Shown piece after piece: positions 8,375-17,052 of a stretch of DNA of 32,000 nt. Location of the stretch: NCBI RefSeq assembly GCF_014078525.1, contig NZ_MU078694.1, forward strand, positions 327,885-359,884, written 5' to 3'. Position 1 is the stretch's first letter. Each line of letters begins with the position of its first letter. The position numbers and the translations under genes were made by a program. The notes below the pieces were generated by a model, which worked only from the letters and a program-made list of their open reading frames with translations, was not told the DNA's origin and did not search any database. The DNA comes from Nitrosopumilus sp. b3 (lineage in GTDB: Archaea > Thermoproteota > Nitrososphaeria > Nitrososphaerales > Nitrosopumilaceae).

Positions 8375-9694
8375 TTGAATACTAGTTTTGTTTGGCATCC
8401 AAATACCCAGATGAAAGAATGGGATTCATTTGAAGAGATTAAAAGTGCTAAAGGGGTTTGGCTAACTGATTCTAAAGGAAAGAAAATAATAGATGCAGTA
8501 GCATCAATGTGGTGCAATGTTTGGGGTCATTCAAACTCAGAATTAGTTAAAACCATCATAAATCAAAGTAAGAAACTACAGCATTCATCCATGTTTAATC
8601 TTACAAATGAGCCTGCAGAAAGCCTAGCAAAAAACGTGGTAAAAATATCACCTGGAATGCACAAGGTGTTTTATTCAGATAATGGATCATCTGCAATGGA
8701 GATTGCAATCAAAATTGCATTACAGTATTGGAAAAACATTGGAGACAAAAAGAAAACAAAGATTGCAACCGTAGAAAATGGATATCATGGAGATACATTC
8801 GGTGCAATGTCAGTAGGTTATGTTCCAGAATTTTTTGGTAAATTTAAAAAACAACTATTTACCACATTACAATTTCCTGTACCAAATAAATACAGAATTC
8901 CCAAAGGATTCTCAGTTTCAGATTATCAAAATCATTGTTTAGAAAAAATTGAAAAGAGATTCTCAAGAGATAATGACATTGCAGCATTCATCATGGAAAG
9001 TGGTGCACAAGTAGCTGGAGGCGTAATTATTTATCCCAAAGGATTTCAAAAAAAGATCAGTCAATTATGTAAAAAATATGATGTACTATTTGTGCTAGAT
9101 GAGATTGCAACAGGATTTGGCAGATTAGGTTCTATGCTGCAATATGAAGAACAAAAAAGTATTCCCAATATTGTTGCATATGGAAAGATGCTAACCGGAG
9201 GATACCTGACAATGGCTGCAACATTATCAAGTAAAAAAATCTATGATTCATTTTTAGGAGAATTTAATGATTGGAAGCATCTATTCCACGGACATACCTA
9301 TACGGGTAATCCAATTTCTGCAGCAGTTGCAGATCAAAATCTCAAAATGTATCAAAAGAAAAAACTAATTAAAAAAATTCAAAAAACATCAAAAGTATTT
9401 GAGAAATTTTATCAGGAAATATCAGAGATTGATATTGTTGGCGATATTAGACATAAGGGAATGCTCATGGGAATTGAACTAGTTACAGATAAGGAGAAAA
9501 AGACCCCAATTCATCCTAAAAAATCAATAAACAAGATATTCTTCGAAGAGGGAAGAAAGCAAGGAATCTACCTACGTACACTAGGAAATATTGTCATGCT
9601 TGTTCCACCCTTGGCAATCTCCGAAAAAGAGTTAGAATTACTACTTTGCAGGGCAATAAAGACAATTCAGGCTGCAAAGAAGCAAGTAATTTGA
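8375..9694 (+). CDS. bioA: Adenosylmethionine-8-amino-7-oxononanoate aminotransferase
   Basis: N-terminal WHPNTQM (BioA WHPYT motif), class-III aminotransferase core (DEIATGFGRLG) and a PLP-Lys region (AYGKMLTGG). The TTG start is forced, because TAA sits immediately upstream and the WHP motif follows 6 codons later. Confidence 0.9.
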   Translation: MNTSFVWHPNTQMKEWDSFEEIKSAKGVWLTDSKGKKIIDAVASMWCNVWGHSNSELVKTIINQSKKLQHSSMFNLTNEPAESLAKNVVKISPGMHKVFYSDNGSSAMEIAIKIALQYWKNIGDKKKTKIATVENGYHGDTFGAMSVGYVPEFFGKFKKQLFTTLQFPVPNKYRIPKGFSVSDYQNHCLEKIEKRFSRDNDIAAFIMESGAQVAGGVIIYPKGFQKKISQLCKKYDVLFVLDEIATGFGRLGSMLQYEEQKSIPNIVAYGKMLTGGYLTMAATLSSKKIYDSFLGEFNDWKHLFHGHTYTGNPISAAVADQNLKMYQKKKLIKKIQKTSKVFEKFYQEISEIDIVGDIRHKGMLMGIELVTDKEKKTPIHPKKSINKIFFEEGRKQGIYLRTLGNIVMLVPPLAISEKELELLLCRAIKTIQAAKKQVI

Positions 9695-9767
9695 CTGTTA
9701 ACCCCCTAACTTATGATAGGTTAACATTTCCATTATTGTTATAAATAGAATATTTGATAATGGTAGT

Positions 9768-10745
9768 ATGAGTACTCGGGAATTTATCAAAGAGTGTCAA
9801 GAGAAAGTATTTTCTGGAATAGGGATTTCACCTGATGACGCAGAAAAATTATTGAATACACCAGATGAAAATTTAAAAGAATTAGCAAGGTGTGCAAATG
9901 AAATTACCCGCGACTTTAATGGTAAGAAAGTTGATGTGGAGCAACTAAACAACATTAAAAAAAATGCATGTAGTGAAGATTGCACTTTTTGCGGACAGTC
10001 AGCATTTTTCGATACTGGAATAGAAACATATCAACTTCCATCACCAGAGGAGGTTGTAAGTAAAGCGCAAAAAGCAAAAAATGAAGGTGCAGAATCATAT
10101 TGTCTTGTAGCGGCATGGAGAGAGCCATCTGCAAAAGATTTTGAAAAAGTTTGCAATATCATATCTCAAATTAATAATAAAGTTGGAATCAGTGTAGAAT
10201 GCAGCCTAGGATTTCTTACACCAGAACAAGCACAAAAACTAAAAGAACTCAATGTGAAAAGATACAACCATAATCTAGAGACTGCCAAATCAAAATTTTC
10301 AGAAATCTGTACCACGCATACCTATGAAGACAGATTAAAGACATTGGGTATTGCTAGAGACGCAGGACTTGAATTATGTACTGGTGGAATTATTGGACTT
10401 GGAGAAACAAGAGAGCAAAGATTAGAGTTGGCAATAGAATTAGGAAGACTATATCCTGAAGAAGTAACAATTAACATTCTAGTCCCAATGCCAGGAACTC
10501 CACTTGAATTACAAACTGATCTTCCCAATTCAGAAATAGTGAGAATGTTTTCAGTGATTCGATTCCTATTACCAGAATCAGTAATCAAGATTTCAGGAGG
10601 AAGAGAATCGAAACTAGATGATTCAGGTGAAGAGCTTTTACAAAGTGGTGCAAATGGAATAATCACTGCAGGATATCTTACGATGGGTGGAAATGAGGCT
10701 AAAAAAGATAGAGAATTAATAGAAAAAATTGGCCTCCAAGCATAA
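9768..10745 (+). CDS. bioB: Biotin synthase (radical SAM)
   Basis: CSEDCTFC is the CxxxCxxC radical-SAM cluster motif. YNHNLET and the overall length fit BioB. ATG start. Confidence 0.9.
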   Translation: MSTREFIKECQEKVFSGIGISPDDAEKLLNTPDENLKELARCANEITRDFNGKKVDVEQLNNIKKNACSEDCTFCGQSAFFDTGIETYQLPSPEEVVSKAQKAKNEGAESYCLVAAWREPSAKDFEKVCNIISQINNKVGISVECSLGFLTPEQAQKLKELNVKRYNHNLETAKSKFSEICTTHTYEDRLKTLGIARDAGLELCTGGIIGLGETREQRLELAIELGRLYPEEVTINILVPMPGTPLELQTDLPNSEIVRMFSVIRFLLPESVIKISGGRESKLDDSGEELLQSGANGIITAGYLTMGGNEAKKDRELIEKIGLQA

Positions 10746-11859
10746 ACTAAATTTTATAGATTCAGAACTACAAAATCTAAAACAAGCCAACCTCTATAGA
10801 AAATTAAGATACAGTACAGCTACTGGTTCACAAATTGCCATTAATAATAAAAAATTACTAAATTTATGCTCTAATGATTACCTAGGAATTCCAAATACAA
10901 AAATCCAAATAAATCAATTACAATCAAGTTCCAGACTTGTTTCTGGAAACGATAAATCATTTAACAAATTAGAAAAAATTCTTGCAAATCACAAATCACA
11001 AGGAAGTAGTCTTGTTTACCCTACAGGATACATGGCAAATTTGGGTGCAATCACTGCAATTGCAAAAAAAGGAGATATAATTTTCAGTGATGAATTAAAT
11101 CATGCAAGCATAATCGAGTCATGCAAATTATCAGATGCCAAAATAGTGATTTACAAACACAATGATATGGAGGATTTAGAAAAGAAAATGAAAATCAAAG
11201 GAAAAAACAAGTTTGTAGTTACTGAAGGAGTGTTCAGCATGGATGGAGATTTTTCTTCGCTAAAACAAATTACAGAATTAGCTGAAAAACAAAAAGTAAT
11301 CACTATTGTAGATGATGCACACGGGGACTTTGTAATTGGAAAAGATGGAAAAGGCACACCAAATCATTTCAATGTTACAAAAAAAATTGATTTGTACATT
11401 AGTAGTTTAAGTAAAGGTTTAGGATCATTTGGAGGATATGTGGCATCACAGAATAATGTAATTGATTTATGTATCAATAAATCAAAATCATTTATCTATA
11501 CATCCGCACTTCCTTCATTTTTGATTGATTATTCAATTAAAAGATTTGAATCAAATAGAGAAAAACAAAAGAAAAAACTTGAAGAGAATACAAAACATCT
11601 AATCAAAGGACTAAAACAGATTGGATTTGAAATTAATTCAAAAACTCACATAATCCCAATAATTATTGGAAATGAAAAGAATGCAATGAAATTTGGCAAA
11701 TTCTTGTTTGATAATGGCGTATTTGCTCAGCCAATCAGATATCCAACGGTTCCAAAAGATCAGGCTAGATTAAGAATCTCAGTCACAGCATGGCTATCAT
11801 ATACGGATATTAAAAAAGCACTTGAAATTTTTGAAAAGGCCCATAAAAAATTCAGATGA
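10729..11859 (+). CDS. bioF: 8-amino-7-oxononanoate synthase
   Basis: SNDYLGI, DELNHASII, SMDGD, DDAHG and the PLP-Lys motif SSLSKGLGSFGG fit the alpha-oxoamine synthase family. TTG is the only usable start, since TAG lies 3 codons upstream. Overlaps bioB by 17 nt. Confidence 0.85.
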   Translation: MASKHKLNFIDSELQNLKQANLYRKLRYSTATGSQIAINNKKLLNLCSNDYLGIPNTKIQINQLQSSSRLVSGNDKSFNKLEKILANHKSQGSSLVYPTGYMANLGAITAIAKKGDIIFSDELNHASIIESCKLSDAKIVIYKHNDMEDLEKKMKIKGKNKFVVTEGVFSMDGDFSSLKQITELAEKQKVITIVDDAHGDFVIGKDGKGTPNHFNVTKKIDLYISSLSKGLGSFGGYVASQNNVIDLCINKSKSFIYTSALPSFLIDYSIKRFESNREKQKKKLEENTKHLIKGLKQIGFEINSKTHIIPIIIGNEKNAMKFGKFLFDNGVFAQPIRYPTVPKDQARLRISVTAWLSYTDIKKALEIFEKAHKKFR

Positions 11860-11964
11860 CTAGCGCACAGCATCAAATCCACCAAGTGCAGGAGATCCTA
11901 CAATCACGGCAATGGTGATAACTATTCCTAATGCAATTCCCACTATAATGAATCGCTTATTCAT
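11860..11964 (-). CDS. Possible 34-aa single-TM micro-protein
   Basis: Hand translation gives MNKRFIIVGIALGIVITIAVIVGSPALGGFDAVR. ATG start, TAG stop abutting the bioF stop. No SD or promoter evidence. Confidence 0.3.
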   Translation of the reverse strand: MNKRFIIVGIALGIVITIAVIVGSPALGGFDAVR

Positions 11965-12058
11965 ACTAAAACTAACAGAATCCCAGATAAAAACGGATTG
12001 TAAACTTTTGGAAAAGATGTGGAAGAATGCTTTAAAGGAAAAATTACTAAATTAATTC

Positions 12059-12793
12059 ATGACTGAAATCACACTTGCAGTGGCAGCACTTGCAGGATTA
12101 GGTTCATTTGTAGCTCCATGTATTTTACCAATGATCCCAGCATTTCTAGCATATATTTCTGGAACCACACTAACTGAATTAAATCAAAAGGGGAATTCCA
12201 AAACAATCGCAGTAAACAGAACCAACATTGTATTAAATTCAATATTTTTTGTTCTAGGGTTTTCTGCAGTATTTTCAATATTAGGAGTAATAATTAACAG
12301 CGTTCTAGGCTCTGCAGTTGGAGAATTTGTAGACATTTTAAATCAGGTTGGAGGAATTATCATCGTAGGTTTTGGAGTTTTCCTACTCTTATCTACAAAG
12401 ATCAACAAGCTAAACATGGAAAAGAAGTTCTTTCCTAAAATGAATAAGGCCAGTTATCCAATGTCATTTGTTTTTGGACTTGCATTTGCAGTTGGATGGA
12501 CACCATGTGTTGGACCAATATTGGGAACAATTCTTACTCTTGCATCTACTACTCCGTCTGTTGCTTTTAATTTACTACTTGTATACTCACTAGGTTTAGG
12601 GATTCCATTCATTGTTATTGGCATATTTTATTCTAGAGTAAATAGAGTTATCCGCTCAATGAGTAAGCATCTAAAATATTACAACATGGTATTAGGTGGA
12701 TTTATTGTAATTTTAGGAATTCTAGTATTCACAAATCAATTGGCATATATTGCAAATTTTCCACTTCTTAACGAATTAATTTTTTTAGGGTGA
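12059..12793 (+). CDS. ccdA: CcdA/DsbD-family transmembrane thiol:disulfide electron transporter
   Basis: Polytopic membrane protein with the two conserved Cys motifs of the family, SFVAPCILPMIPAF and GWTPCVGPILG. Confidence 0.85.
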   Translation: MTEITLAVAALAGLGSFVAPCILPMIPAFLAYISGTTLTELNQKGNSKTIAVNRTNIVLNSIFFVLGFSAVFSILGVIINSVLGSAVGEFVDILNQVGGIIIVGFGVFLLLSTKINKLNMEKKFFPKMNKASYPMSFVFGLAFAVGWTPCVGPILGTILTLASTTPSVAFNLLLVYSLGLGIPFIVIGIFYSRVNRVIRSMSKHLKYYNMVLGGFIVILGILVFTNQLAYIANFPLLNELIFLG

Positions 12794-12797
12794 ATAA

Positions 12798-13904
12798 ATG
12801 AAAACTGAAATAAAAACTGCATTAATCTTAGGAATTGTAATTGCAATAGGTCTGGGCATTACAAGTATTACACTGTCTACTCTAGATAAAGAATCAAAAA
12901 CAATTACCATTCAAGATGTAAACTCAAAAACAACAATTGATAAATCAGGATTTAAAATTGCGCCAGATCTAGTAGGAATTTCGTATTATCTCAACACTTC
13001 ACCTGGAGAACTTAAAGAACAAATCAAAGACAAGGTGGTACTTTATGATATTTGGACATACAGTTGTATCAATTGTGTAAGAACACTACCATACATTACA
13101 GCATGGGATGACAAATATGAAGAGCAGGGATTGTTAATAATCGGAGTTCATTCTCCTGAATTCGAATTTGAAAAAGATCTAGATAATGTCAAAATGGCTG
13201 TAGACAAACATGGTATAGACTATCCTGTTGTAATGGATAACGAAATGGAAACATGGAAGGCTTTTGAAAATAGATACTGGCCTAGAAAATACATTGCAGA
13301 TCATGAAGGATATATCAGATATGATCATATTGGTGAAGGCGGTTATCAGGAAACAGAGAAAATTATTCAACAACTATTACAAGAAAGAGCTTCATCGCTT
13401 GGAATTGAAGTATCAGAAGAGAAATCCCTTGTTGAGATAGAAGAATTCGAGCATACAACTTTTAGAACACCCGAATTGTATTTTGGATACTATTTTGCTC
13501 AAAATAGAAACCAGTTAGGAAGTAGCGAGGGATTCCAACCTGAGAAAATAGTAAAGTACTCAGAACCTGGCAAAATTGATTTGCACAAGTTTTACCCAAT
13601 AGGAGAATGGGAAAACCTTGAAGACAGTATGAAACTAGAATCAGAAAATGGATCTATCAAACTATTGTATAATGCAAAAGAAGTAAACATTGTTACAGAA
13701 AATTATGCAGAATTGGAAATATTTCTAGATGATGAACCACTTCCAAATGAATATGCAGGAAAAGAAATCAATGAAGATAACATACTGAGAGTATCTGAGG
13801 CAGGATTATACAATGTCATAAGTAGTGAAAATAGTGCTTCACATATCCTTGAAATCAAGGTAAAGGGAAAGGGTTTTCAGATATTTACATTCACATTCGG
13901 ATAA
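12798..13904 (+). CDS. Membrane-anchored extracytoplasmic thioredoxin-like reductase with a C-terminal beta-rich domain (DipZ C-terminal-half-like)
   Basis: N-terminal TM helix. WTYSCINCVRTLP is a CxxC redoxin site, followed by GVHSPEFEFEKD...YPVVMDN...WPRKYIADHEGYIRYDHIGEG, the pattern I associate with DipZ-type thioredoxin domains. Starts 5 nt after ccdA. Confidence 0.7.
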   Translation: MKTEIKTALILGIVIAIGLGITSITLSTLDKESKTITIQDVNSKTTIDKSGFKIAPDLVGISYYLNTSPGELKEQIKDKVVLYDIWTYSCINCVRTLPYITAWDDKYEEQGLLIIGVHSPEFEFEKDLDNVKMAVDKHGIDYPVVMDNEMETWKAFENRYWPRKYIADHEGYIRYDHIGEGGYQETEKIIQQLLQERASSLGIEVSEEKSLVEIEEFEHTTFRTPELYFGYYFAQNRNQLGSSEGFQPEKIVKYSEPGKIDLHKFYPIGEWENLEDSMKLESENGSIKLLYNAKEVNIVTENYAELEIFLDDEPLPNEYAGKEINEDNILRVSEAGLYNVISSENSASHILEIKVKGKGFQIFTFTFG

Positions 13905-13997
13905 TGTAACCAAAGTATGGTGTCACTCCAGTTACTCTGGCTACGGTGACAAATCTCTTTAAAAGAAATATTTTCACCCAGATTAGGAAATTAAGAT

Positions 13998-14648
13998 TTG
14001 ATAAGTAATTCTTGGAATAAAGCAGAAGGAGAAAGTATCTCTCAAAAAGTTATGGGAAGGGTAAAACCTGATGAGCCATTAAAGAACAAAATTGATTTTG
14101 CACAAAAAAAATTACAATTTCAAATTTCAAAATTAGAATCAATAAATGAAAAATTACAGAAAAAACATGATGTCATATTTGAAAAGATCGTAAATGCACA
14201 AAGAAACAACAAGCCAAGTTATGCCCAAGCATATGCCGGGGAATTAACTCAAGTAAGAAAAATGAAAAATATGGTAAGCGGGGCAAAACTCTCAATGGAA
14301 CAAGTTAAGCTTAGACTAGATACTGTTTCAGAATTAGGAGATGTTGTAGTAACTCTTAGTCCATGCATGTCAATCATCAAAGGTCTTAGTCCATCACTTA
14401 GTGGAATCATGCCAGAAGCAAATGCCTCTATGCAAGATTTATCTCAGATACTCGGAGATGTAATGTCGGGATCTTCAGTGAGTATGGGAGATACAATGAG
14501 TGCAGGAGTTGAGACAAATGCAGACACACTTGCAATTCTTGAAGAAGCTCACAATGTAATTGCAGGACAGACAAAATCATCCATTCCAGATGTTCCTGAA
14601 AATCTCAAAAAACAAATTGTTGAGAGAAAATCAGATATTTTCATTTAG
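13998..14648 (+). CDS. cdvB: ESCRT-III (Snf7/CdvB-family) protein, short paralogue without a C-terminal winged helix
   Basis: Aligns by eye with Sulfolobus CdvB: VIFEKIVNAQ / LFEKVIRAQ, AQAYAGELTQVRKM / ATIYAQEISDIRKM, EQVKLRLDTVSEL / EKVRLKLETVQEL, GIMPEA / GIAPEV. The TTG at 13998 is the longest-ORF start. An in-frame ATG at 14052 is an alternative. Confidence 0.8.
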   Translation: MISNSWNKAEGESISQKVMGRVKPDEPLKNKIDFAQKKLQFQISKLESINEKLQKKHDVIFEKIVNAQRNNKPSYAQAYAGELTQVRKMKNMVSGAKLSMEQVKLRLDTVSELGDVVVTLSPCMSIIKGLSPSLSGIMPEANASMQDLSQILGDVMSGSSVSMGDTMSAGVETNADTLAILEEAHNVIAGQTKSSIPDVPENLKKQIVERKSDIFI

Positions 14649-14653
14649 AATTT

Positions 14654-14995
14654 TTATTTTGATTTCTTTTTACTTTTCTGAACTAAAATTTTCTTTATTC
14701 TAGAAATTGTAGGATAACTGTATCCTCTTCTACGATAATTAGCTATCATCATCTTCCAGTTTTTTAATCTCCATTGGGCTTGCTCCGTAGTTACTGAATG
14801 AACTTCTTTTTGGATAATGCTTTTTCTGCCTACCTTTAGAGTCCCTGCATCTTTTGCAGACCACCTATTTTTTGCAAATTTTAATCCAGTAAGAATCTCA
14901 CTTACGGGCATTTCTTTGAAATATTCTTTTAATTTTTTTAATTCTATATCAGATGGTTTTTTAGAAATCGGTAACTCAATAGTCGTTTTAATCAT
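14654..14995 (-). CDS. Hypothetical basic protein
   Basis: 113-aa ORF with an ATG start and a Lys/Arg-rich C-terminus (KSKKKSK). No family recognised. Confidence 0.55.
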   Translation of the reverse strand: MIKTTIELPISKKPSDIELKKLKEYFKEMPVSEILTGLKFAKNRWSAKDAGTLKVGRKSIIQKEVHSVTTEQAQWRLKNWKMMIANYRRRGYSYPTISRIKKILVQKSKKKSK

Positions 14996-15242
14996 ACATA
15001 ATCTGTTATCTAATGCTTTAAGAGAATCATGCTAAATCAGAATTAACTAAAATGGGGAATATTAGAATTCTTTTGACATTATCTTAACAATTCAGAGGGA
15101 TATTGGCATTTTTACATAATGTGTTGTATATTCCGAATCCAAAAATAATTGCAGCGACAGCAGCCAAAGGAATCAAAATGAAAATTTTAGTTTTAAGACC
15201 CACACCAATAATCAAACAAATGGCTATAAAATTGTGACAGTT

Positions 15243-15665
15243 TTAATCAACACTGATAGTAAATGTTCCTTTTGTTTTTGGATCTTGTAACAATGTCACC
15301 ATATCCCTAGGCAACAAGTCAGATGCCTTATCACATTTTATTGCCAAAGTTCTAGGACAAATAAAATCACTTTTTCGAATTACAATATCTTCTGTATGAG
15401 AAAGAATTAATTCAGGATGGCCTTTTCCTTCAAAAACAAATTCTTTATCCGCAACACGAATAGAAAATTTAATTTTTAAATCAGGATCTTTTAACTGAGT
15501 TTTTAACTCCAAAGGTAGATCCGCACAACTACAAGTTGCATTAACACCAATAATACAGTCACCCTGAGGTGTTAAATGAGATTCTTTAGTAATCTCTATT
15601 GTTTTTTGATGATTTGATCTAATATTCTCATGTCCTGAAAATTCTATTTCAAATTTCACAGTCAT
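15243..15665 (-). CDS. DUF371-like conserved archaeal protein
   Basis: GHENIRSNHQKTIEITKESHLTPQGDCIIGV matches my recollection of the DUF371 N-terminal signature (GHxNIxxxHxTTxEITKExxLTxxGDCIIGV). Confidence 0.6.
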   Translation of the reverse strand: MTVKFEIEFSGHENIRSNHQKTIEITKESHLTPQGDCIIGVNATCSCADLPLELKTQLKDPDLKIKFSIRVADKEFVFEGKGHPELILSHTEDIVIRKSDFICPRTLAIKCDKASDLLPRDMVTLLQDPKTKGTFTISVD

Positions 15666-15715
15666 TATTAATTAAAAACGCAAATTAAACTTTACAAGTA
15701 TTGAGATAGATTAAT

Positions 15716-16087
15716 TCATTGTTTCCATTTTTGTGCTTCGATAATGCATTTGTCATAAAAATCATCAGACACATAATTGCAAACTCTATCTTCAAATTTT
15801 CTAAAGAAATTACTTAGACATTCATATTGATTTTCTTCATCGTCAATATACGATATACATGTCTGAGGGCTTCTTTTCATGTAAGCAAAATTACTAATGC
15901 ATTCTTGAGGATTATCAAATTTCATACACATGTCAGGCTCATCCATTCGCAATGCAGAATTCACTTCTTTAACTAAAGATTTTTCAGAAGATACAGAAGT
16001 AAATGAACCAATTATAGAAAATGCTATAACCATAATTACTGCTATCATCATCAAACCGCCAATAGTAAAACCAAACATTGGATTCAT
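15716..16087 (-). CDS. Membrane-anchored Cys-rich hypothetical protein
   Basis: N-terminal TM helix (IGGLMMIAVIMVIAFSIIGSF), then six Cys in a thrice-repeated context (PQECISNF / PQTCISYI / YECLSNF). Confidence 0.55.
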   Translation of the reverse strand: MNPMFGFTIGGLMMIAVIMVIAFSIIGSFTSVSSEKSLVKEVNSALRMDEPDMCMKFDNPQECISNFAYMKRSPQTCISYIDDEENQYECLSNFFRKFEDRVCNYVSDDFYDKCIIEAQKWKQ

Positions 16088-16283
16088 TTTCTAGATCTAT
16101 AATATCACAATAATTCTAATAAAATACAGGATATTCTATTTTGATAAACAGGACATTATATGTAAAAGTAAATTTTACAAAAATTTAACATTCGATCGGT
16201 ATTTTGTTGAGCCTATGCAACATGATAAAATCTTTCTCAGAGAGAGTACGGTTTAAATTGTACATTTAAAGCACTGAAATCAA

Positions 16284-17021
16284 ATGCTTCCTGCACAACA
16301 AGGTTACGATAGAGCAATTACAGTATTTTCTCCGGATGGCAGACTATACCAAGTAGAATACGCAATAGAGACAGTAAGAAGAGGAACAATAGCTGTTGGC
16401 GTAAAATGCAAAGACGGAATCATTATTGCAGTTGAAGAAAAACCAAGAAAATTACAAATTTCAAATACCGCTCAAAAGATTTTTCAAATAGATGATCATG
16501 TTGGAGTTGCAGCAGCAGGGTATATCCCAGATGCAAGAAGCCAAGTAGACAATGCACGATTCTTTTCTCAAAGTAACAAAATGATTTACGATGAAGCAGT
16601 AGAAGTTGAAACTATTGCAAAACACTTAGCAGATCAATGTCAACAATATACCCAATATGCAGGTGTAAGACCATATGGTGTTGCATTGATTCTTGGAGGA
16701 GTAGTAAATAACACACCACAGTTGTATCTAACAGATCCTAGTGGAACATACATTTCTTATGATGCAATTGCAATTGGTTCAGGTTCTGATCAAGTGACAG
16801 ACTTTTTGGAAAAAACATACAAGGATGATCTTTCATTAGATGATGCTGCCATATTAGCTGCTGCTGGAATTTATCTGTCAAGTGAAGATAAAGAAAGCAC
16901 AAGCCACATCAGAATGGCACATATAAAAACAGAAACCGGTTTATACGAATTAGTTTCAGATGAGCAGATTGCAAATTACGCAACAACTGCCAAAGAAAAA
17001 TACCCACACGACCAAAAATAA
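16284..17021 (+). CDS. psmA: Proteasome subunit alpha
   Basis: GYDRAITVFSPDGRLYQVEYA is the canonical alpha-subunit N-terminal motif. 245 aa. Confidence 0.95.
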   Translation: MLPAQQGYDRAITVFSPDGRLYQVEYAIETVRRGTIAVGVKCKDGIIIAVEEKPRKLQISNTAQKIFQIDDHVGVAAAGYIPDARSQVDNARFFSQSNKMIYDEAVEVETIAKHLADQCQQYTQYAGVRPYGVALILGGVVNNTPQLYLTDPSGTYISYDAIAIGSGSDQVTDFLEKTYKDDLSLDDAAILAAAGIYLSSEDKESTSHIRMAHIKTETGLYELVSDEQIANYATTAKEKYPHDQK

Positions 17022-17052
17022 TCATACACGTGGTCCTAGGAGAACAAATTAA

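Noticed and set aside
1503-15035. Antisense or overlapping ORFs in the first half of the window (1503-1871, 2405-2590, 3384-3635, 6339-6626, 9797-9985, 10322-10666, 11151-11357, 12069-12278, 13179-13373, 14817-15035).
   Set aside because: All are embedded opposite well-supported genes (response regulator, DsbA, transporter, bioB, bioF, ccdA and others). None has a recognisable motif or start context.
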